The notes under the pieces were generated by a model that saw only the letters and a program-made list of their open reading frames with translations, made no database searches and was not told where the DNA came from. From contig CM022676.1 in NCBI GenBank assembly GCA_012295275.1, positions 11,408,001-11,472,000 of the forward strand: a stretch of 64,000 bases of DNA. The letters are read 5' to 3'. The DNA comes from Chrysomallon squamiferum. Its lineage: Eukaryota > Animalia > Mollusca. Positions 44,163 through 64,000 of the stretch are shown one piece after another. The position numbers and the translations under genes are program-made. Each line of letters begins with the position of its first letter. Position 1 is the first letter of the stretch.

Positions 44163-45350
44163 GTCTGTCTGTCTATCTCACTACATACAACTGTAAAAAG
44201 TGAGCACAACCATGTTAGAAAAGACAGATCCACTAAATTAATATAAAACACCTTAACACTTTTTCACGTCACATTTATAAGCTGATAAGCAGATCACTAA
44301 ATGATAACATAAAATACAAACGCCTGTAACAAAGATTTTACCTGACATTTTAAAACTGAGATAACAATGTGAACACAGGTAAATGGTGATACAGATACCT
44401 GTAACGAGTTTGTACCTGACAGAAATCACTTCCTTGTTACTGTCAGTAGGTATTGTTAGGAAGATACACCAGGGTACAGTTAGTTAGTTCAGGTCAAAAC
44501 AGGTCTAACACCTGATCTTGTTATATTCAGAACATTTCGCAAATTCTTGTTACGTCTTTCCCTTGACCCAAAAATTAATAATTTAATTAATTAATAAATA
44601 AATAAATAAATAAAAATAATAATAATAATAATAATAATAATTATTATTATTATTATTATTATTACTAAATAAATGAAATATAACAGAAATATAAATAAAT
44701 AAAACTATTTAAAAATATTCTTCATACCCTCCCGATTTCTGTTCCCTTATTTAGGGTGATGTTCACTTTCCTGCCCTCCCCACTACTCCCCCCACAAATT
44801 CCCTCCCCCACCAGATAACACTGAACTCGTTTCTATCAGGGTCATCATTTTCAGCTATAACTAAACCTGTGAATTGTCACAGAAATATAATCACTTGTGA
44901 CGTTGATAAATTAAATGTATCTATTTTTAAACTGTAGAGGTAAAAATAGTGGTTAGATGTAGTTAAAAAATATATAAAAAGTAAACCAAATTAGATCAAG
45001 GTATTTTATATAGGTCAAGGTAATACTTACCTATAAGGTAACATGCTATAAAACACATGTTTAACATTATCATTCATGCTCATATTCATTAGTTTGTTGT
45101 TGTTAAGACATCTTGTATCTGGGAGTGCAGAAAGTGAAACTAATTAAATATTAGATTATTTATTAAATAAATAATAAATAAAATCAATAATGAGCATCTT
45201 CAGTTCAGTTGGGACCAACGTAGAAGAGCAGTTTATGAATGTTGTTGTTGTTGTTTTGTTCCCCAACTTTATTTATTTATTTATTTAATAATTTAAAATT
45301 AATTTATTCAGGTATAAGATTTATGCTGGAATTACATACTTATGAACAAC

Positions 45351-45428
<78 letters not shown>

Positions 45429-47956
45429 ACAAATCAGAGAAATTAGTAAAGATTAAATAAATGTTAAAAAAAAAGTCTTTAAAATATATTTCAGTGTTTA
45501 TTAAATCTATTTTATATAATTAATAAATAAATAATAAGAACGAAAGTGCGAAAATGAAACGGAATTAAACAAATAGATAAAAAATAATAATAAGCTGTAA
45601 AAAAGGAGGTGAAAGTATATAATGCTAAAACAGAACGCTGAAAGCAGGAAGTAACTAACAAATGATGAAAATATAAATAAAATTTAAAAAGATCAGAAAT
45701 GTGAAAAGTCGATGTGTATTTGACAAGAACTGATATCTTTATTGTGTTAAAGCTTTTAACACTTCATAGTAATCTGAAGCAATTACAATGGTATTTGATC
45801 TTGTGAGGAATGTAGCTATCACATCTTTATCTGTTTGATAAAGTTCTTTTCTACATATCTACGTTTGCTAATGACTTCTCCCCCAGCCATTCTCTAACCT
45901 TTTACCTGCTACAAGAATGCATGGTCACATGACCATGAGCCTCATTATAGAATCACTATAATTAGAATGTAGGCTCAGCAACAACCTCCAGGTCACGGAT
46001 CGTGGACGTGTGATTGGTCAATTCGTGAGGTCAAGGGTAGACAGCTCTGAATCATATTGAAGAAGCATGATCAAGTCATGTGACATAAACAGAGGCACCT
46101 GGTCCAAAGCATGGAGGAAAAGAATAAAATGTACATCAGTAAATTGATATAACTGACATTTTATTCTTCAAGTGTTTAATTTATTAATTACCAAAAGATG
46201 CGGCCGTGGAAATAACTTCCGGGAGATAACGTAAAAGCTGTTCTTATGGGATTTCTGGAAATTGGACACACGACTTGTACGTAAAACATGGCTTTAATTT
46301 TTAATTTTTAATTTTTTTTTTTTTTGTTTGTTGTTGTTGTTGTTTCACTTTTATTGTTTGTTTACAGTTGTACAATATTGATCATAATGTCGTCTGCCGT
46401 ATTGTTATACATTTTGTATTCATGCTAAAAATAGAAAGGCTGTATTTTTGTATTTGTGACTGAAAGTACAAGAAACATTTTTGTTCTAGATAAATTGTAC
46501 GTAACCACTGATAGACTTGCATATGATGACGTTGATGATGCTGTTTGTGTGTGGAGAGAAAATTAAGTTAATATGCCATCATGAACAATGTGTTTAATAT
46601 ATGAGTGAGATTAGATGGTTTTTTTTTCTTCTTTCAAGAATTTAATAAGATCATTTTTTTTAGATAATTATTATTTTATTGTGTGTGTGTTTATATGTAT
46701 ATTTATTTATTTGTTTATTTTTGATAAATTAAATATCAATATATAAAAATTAGTGAAAGTAAAACTTATAGTAAACCAACCTACATTTTTGGAGAGAAAA
46801 TGTTATTGAAAGAGTTGATCAGATTAATATTAAAATAATAAGAATACTTTTCATTCATTTATTTATTTATTTATTTATTTATTTATTTTATTATTATAAA
46901 ACAGGAGATAAATTTTTAATTTTATTAATTTGTTGTAAGAAATATATATATATATATATAAGTAATTTGCACCCATTTTATTACAATATCTAAAATTAAG
47001 GCTTCACATTTTATCACAAACCTCTGCAGATGGTGTATGAAAATAACAGTTTCTAATACAAATTATAAGCATGTAGTATTAATACATTATTGTCCAGCCA
47101 AGTCCAGTAACAGTGGCTACTGGTCATCAATAATTATTTTTTGTTTCCATGGCAACGTGTGAAATTATTTGGTGTAGAGAAAGGAGTTGCTTACACAACA
47201 TTTGGGATTTGTTGTAGATTTCTGTGAACTCTTGTAACCATAGCAACCGTTACCACGATAACCGTCATAAATATTTACCACTTTCTTGGTGGTTATTTGC
47301 AGTTGTTGTTTTGTTTGTTAAGAGGAGTAGATAAAAATGAGAGATGTTTTCTTTAACGTGACAGAATTATCAAATTTGACCTTTAAGCCTTTTTACTTGA
47401 AAGTGAAAATCATACCACTTTCTTCATGGATGAAAAAAAAAATAATAATAATAATTTGAAATAATGCACACAAGTAATAAAAAATAAATAAATAAATAAA
47501 ATTTTAAAAATAATATATATATATATATATATATATGTAAAACAAAATATGGTTAAAAATTAATAAATAAATAGATTTAAATAAATAAAATAATAATAGT
47601 CATAATAAATAATGATAGTTTCCAACAAGTTACGGTTGAAGAAAATGTATTTTTAAGATATAAAGTTTTTTGTTTCAGTGGTAGATATAAAGTTACTTGA
47701 TGGTTTCGGTATAAAAATAATTGATATCCTCTTGGCACATTTTTCACATTTCACAAACATTTTACACTTAAAAAGGAAGGAAAAAGCCGATCCCCTCTTT
47801 TTTCTGCTTTTTATTTTTTTCAAAAACCTACTGAAATTCAAACACAAAGAAAAACCACGAAAAAACAGATGTTTTTCATTTTAAATGTTAAGAAATTATT
47901 TGTTAATATCAGTTATTATAAGTATTAATCTTTGATTGTTATTATTATTATTGTTG

Positions 47957-47990
<34 letters not shown>

Positions 47991-49233
47991 ATTAGGAGTA
48001 TTTTTAGATAAAAAGGTTTGAGGTTTCTATTTTTAGACAGGATAGTTGACTTTTTAAATTACTTATTGTGTTACATTTTTTAGAATAATGAACGTCAGCA
48101 ACAATACATGTTGATAGCTGTGATCTATAAATAGCAGGTTCCCTGTGATCTATAAATAGCATCCCATCTCCTCAAAGTGAAATAAATCAATACTTGTATT
48201 TCAAATTGAAATTTTCATTAATTTGTGGAGACATTGTTTTGTGTGACATAGCAACTGGTGTGGGTGTGGGTATGAAACAGTATTGATTTGACTTGCTGTG
48301 AAATGTACGTGATTTCTCTTGATCACACACTTGAATTACAGGTAACTCTGCCTGTCTGTCACTGCTAATTAATCACAGGTGAGAAGAACAAATCCCCACT
48401 CACAGGGTCAGTCCTTCCCTAGTTGTCACGTACGTACCCCACCCAGGATAATCCCTGTATACAGAATGGTCGTTTTACCTAGCTCTTATAGCTGTATGTG
48501 GATTATCTCTACACAGATCAGCTGTTTGTTAATCCTGTACCCTGTGACCCCTTCCCAAGCTGCACCGTTTTGTTATTGCCTAAATGAAAATTTCTGAATG
48601 GAGGTGACAGAGGCAGTGAGATTGTTGTTGTTTTTCACCTGCGCTTACCTGTTGGATAGTATTATTACCTGAGTCAGGTTTCTTCTCTAGTGTGTGTACT
48701 GATGTGGTAAATAGAACATTTTGTACTTTTTAAAAACTTGTGTGTTTGTTTGTTTTGTTTGTACCCAGTCAGTGGTGGTAATCAGGAGTCTTGTTGAAAC
48801 CTGCACACAAACACTGTTACATACAGCTATTACCTGTACAGGTAAATAAGTAATTAATACAGGTGTATGAGTTGTTAGTGTGCAGTTAATGTATAACTTG
48901 TTGTAAATGACCACCAACTGGTGCTGTGTGAAAGTTGTGTTGTCATAGCTATTTTTAGTTTCTTATCAAATTTGTGTACACATACAGCTGTTACCTGTAC
49001 AGGTAAATGAGTAATTGATACAGGTATATCAGTCTGGCAAGTTAAACTAGACAGTAAATAATTTTCTTTCTGTGTCGTGAATTTTTAAGGTTTTTTTTCC
49101 ATCCTGATTTTTTAATTTTTTTATTTATGTGTGTGTGTCTATATATATATATATTTTATTAACTGATGTGCAACTTTTTAAATATGATAGACATTTATAT
49201 TTCTGATCAACCCATATATATGATTGTATCAGT

Positions 49234-49316
<83 letters not shown>

Positions 49317-52300
49317 TTTATGTAGGTAAACAGATAAACATCTACATTTCCGACAGTTCGTATTTGCATTCTTCCAAGAAACCATATTGAGATGTTTGTA
49401 ACAAGCCATGTTGAGTGGTTGTGTGTGGATTCGCATGTACAGTGTATAATTGTCACTGCTGTATTCATTCATGTTTGAAGAAGGTCAGCATCATTTTCAG
49501 AATTCCTCAAATAGCAGCAGTGAGAATATACATCAGTGATCTGACCTGTGTGAATATTTGTGTGAATGTTTGTGTGAAAAAGTAAGAGAGGAAGGCAGGA
49601 ATGAGTGAAAAAGTGTAACCTGTAAGTTAAAAACCTGTTATGTGTCGGTAATATATTGTTACAATTTGTGAGTTATTACATTTTTATTTTATTTTTATTT
49701 TTTTTTTAAATTGTAACTCATATTTTGTAACAGTAAATCTCTTTTTATTTTTATTTTAAATTAATATACTGTAAATTCTGACTGTAATAGTTAAATTACC
49801 ATTCTGTCAGCATAAACATAGTTAAATTATTAATGTAAACCTGTTTGTTACTTACCAGATTTAAACAGTGTTATATAAAAATTACCTGTGTACAGCATGA
49901 ATCATGATATATTTCTTCTGTCTTGTATTTTGTTTGGTACAGTTTGACAATAGTTTCAGTTTCCTGGTTTCAGAATGAAATTTGTTTAGATTTTAGACAT
50001 GAAGATGATTTAAAACATCAACATGTTTGTCTGTACATGAAATTCATACATTTATGTTAGTAGTATTATGTAGAGGTGTTTTTCTTCATAACAGACACAC
50101 ATACATTGATATAGAGACACAGATATACACACAGTGATACATATAAATAAACACACACACAAAACATTAGTATATTATCACTCTAACCTTGTTTTTAAGT
50201 TGTTTTATCCACATAGTTCTACTGTAGAGAATTAAACTATAGAGAATGTATTAAAACAAGTGTTGTGTAGAGATACGCTATAGAGAAAGGTTTATTTAAC
50301 AAAATCGTGACTTGTCACATCTGTGCTCTACATAAAACAGAGCTGTTTTTATTATTTGTGCTGTCTTCCTCTTCCTGTATGTCACCTGTGTTATTCACAT
50401 CCTGAATGTACATCTGTCAGTGTGTACATGTGTGATGATGTAACAGTCATTTAAATGCACACTCATGTTTACACGACAGACACACTGACAAAGTCTACAA
50501 CATGATTTACACTTTACAAACAGTGATGTCTTCATTGTGGCAATCTGCACATTACAAACAGTGATGTGTACTGTGCAATAGTCTAAACTTTGTGAACAGT
50601 AATAGTCGACACGCTATAAATAGACGATGCTGTGTTTACTGTGTGACTGTCTGCCGCTGTCATCAGGTAAACAACCTCGATGATGTCGTCAGTTGGCCAG
50701 ACAGAGTTATTGATTTTCTCCAGGTTTGACCAGTCCACTTTGAGGCACACTGTCCTTGTAGACAGGTCTCGGTCAGAGCTCCACTGACCACTCTGCAGAC
50801 CGACAGCTAAATATAGCCCAGTTCACGCCACTCCGCTGAATGTTACTGTCCCTCTGGCATCCACTCTTGTGGTCATTTCTCCGCTGACCAGCAAGAAGAC
50901 AGAAACTACAAATTAGATTTCACTGTCCTGTGTGTTTTCTGTTTGAGCTGAGGTCCTCTGTGAGTTTGAGATAATTAACACTTCTACAGCCAGCCAGAGC
51001 AATACAAACTTTCAGTCTTGTTGTCTCCCTTCATTTAGTTCCAGTTCAGACACTTCTAAACTTCATTTACACTTCATAGTGAAGTTTTGTAAAAATGAAA
51101 AAACAAAAGAAAACAGAAAACATTTTGTTCAGAATCATGTAACATATCTGTGCAGTTTAGAGACTTTAAACTGTATCACAGTTTCTCTATCCATTGTTTC
51201 CATAGTACCAAATGTTACTGATTATTGCTAACCAAAATGTTCTGTACAATACAAGTTGTTAATATTATTAATATTATTTAAAGATATATATACATTAAAA
51301 GAAATGTGCTGCTCTTGTTATTAAAAAGAAAAGAAAGTGCTGTAGACAAGACATCACATACCATGCACATTACTGAACAGTTGTTGGGCTCTGTGAATAT
51401 GTTTACCTTTGAGCTGTAGCCTGCTCTGATAATGAACTTAGTAATATAGTTCTGTGTGTGTGTGTGTGTGTGTTTGTGTGTGTGTGTATTATGTAATGTG
51501 TTTGTGTGAATAATATAGGTTGTATATATATATGGTGTGTGTTTCTTCTTTCCAAATAATAGTTATAAAAGTAAGTATCTAATTATATTAATTCTGAAAT
51601 GTAAATTGACTTATCAGCAATCAATAAACTCATTAGTGTAAACAAAAATAAACTTCTAAAACTAGTAAATGTGCCATCAATCCGGTGAACAAACACAGAT
51701 GTGTGTTTAGCTAATTAGTGAGTTAATTATCCTGTTTAATTAAAGTGTATCAGTCCAGCTCTCAGTGTTCTGTCATTTACTTAGTGGATTGGGGGAGGGT
51801 CACTCTGACCACTGACCTAATTGACATCTGACATGTTGGTGATAAATAAAGTTCTGTTTGTTTTTGGTGTTTATTTAATTTAAAAAAAAAAAAAAAAATT
51901 CTGTTTTACAGTTCTGACCACTGTCCTAATTGACATATGTAAATACAGATGAGTTCAGTTGACCCTCTGTGATGTCAGAGTTCTAGTGACTTCATTACAC
52001 TCACAGTCCACATCACAGTGTAGATTTTATAATTATAACAGATTTATACAGTAAAGTACGTATGTACTCACACACTAATTAACTGACCAGCAGACCTGCA
52101 TCTTATTACACTCACAGTTACCTACTGGGACTGGGGGAGGACACTGACCACTGTCCTAATTAAAGACATCAAGGTGATCAGCTAATTAGCCTGACTGTCA
52201 TTACCTGTTGTTAGTTACAGACAACTGACCACTCACCTAATTAATCTAGACCATCTCTTACCTGAGTGTTGTTAGTTACCTGGGTTTTCACCTGGGTATA

Positions 52301-52333
52301 TTGCAGTCAGTGAGACAAACTCTGTCAGACAAA

Positions 52334-63427
<11,094 letters not shown>

Positions 63428-63511
63428 TGACGAGTTTTCTCCGCGAAATCTTTTCTTCCTCCCTCGTTTTAAATAGCCGATAATTTCACACAGCACAACC
63501 AAAAATTTATA

Positions 63512-63608
63512 ACAACCCGTTTTTAAACACAACCCAAATTTTTAAACTCAACCCGTTTTTAAACACAACCCACATTTTTAAACTCAACCCATTTTTAACA
63601 CAACCCGA
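63512..63608. repeat. ~18-19-bp tandem repeat x~5
   Basis: CAACCC(G/A)..TTTTTAAAC(A/T) repeated. Confidence 0.8.
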
Positions 63609-64000
63609 GTTGAAACAAATATTTGTAACAATGTTTTTTATTTTATCTTTCTTTTTGAATTTATTGTCAGTTATTAATGTTGACTATAAAGTTCAGTGAG
63701 ATGATTATTATTATCTTTTTAAAAAATATGTAACTCTTTAAAACATCGTGATACTTACAAGGTAGCATCAAACACTTTTAAAAACTTTTAAAAAACATCA
63801 TTTGTTTACTTTAGCATTTTTAGTTAGTTATTTCTTTAGTTAGAAAAGTTTATTTGAATGTTTAAAAATAAAAGTTTTAGATATTTTAGAAATTAAATCA
63901 TGGTTAGATGTTGCAGATTTAAAAGATAAAATTCAGATATTTCAGTAGTGAAAGAAATTTACAGATGTTACAGTTGAATAATTTATAAGAATGGGTAGTT

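Noticed and set aside
46001-46017. ERSE-like CCAAT...CCACG on minus strand
   Set aside because: Spacer is 7 nt, not the required 9.

Overview
AT-rich, microsatellite-dense eukaryotic (animal, most likely molluscan) genomic DNA; no prokaryotic features. Four spliced protein-coding genes were reconstructed by hand with GT-AG introns and consistent phases: (1) a secreted PAN/apple + fibrinogen-domain protein (- strand, 4018-7815); (2) a secreted Ig + C-type-lectin protein, CREP-like (- strand, 9527-12863); (3) TMEM192 (+ strand, 14378-18748); (4) DYRK1A/minibrain (+ strand, putative promoter ~23.1 kb, kinase exons 52983-63386, probably continuing past the window) with candidate alternative first exons. 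There is also a dead L2/CR1-type LINE fragment and many mini/microsatellites; most long ORFs in the supplied track are repeat artefacts. The most striking pattern is that at least 8 coding-exon boundaries in three genes are tandemly duplicated (exon edge plus splice site or stop codon, copied into the non-coding side), creating decoy, poison or in-frame alternative splice sites. Second, the tandem Ig-lectin and PAN-fibrinogen genes are phase-compatible for an Ig-to-FBG (FREP-type) chimeric splice. All calls come from manual reading; no database search was run.
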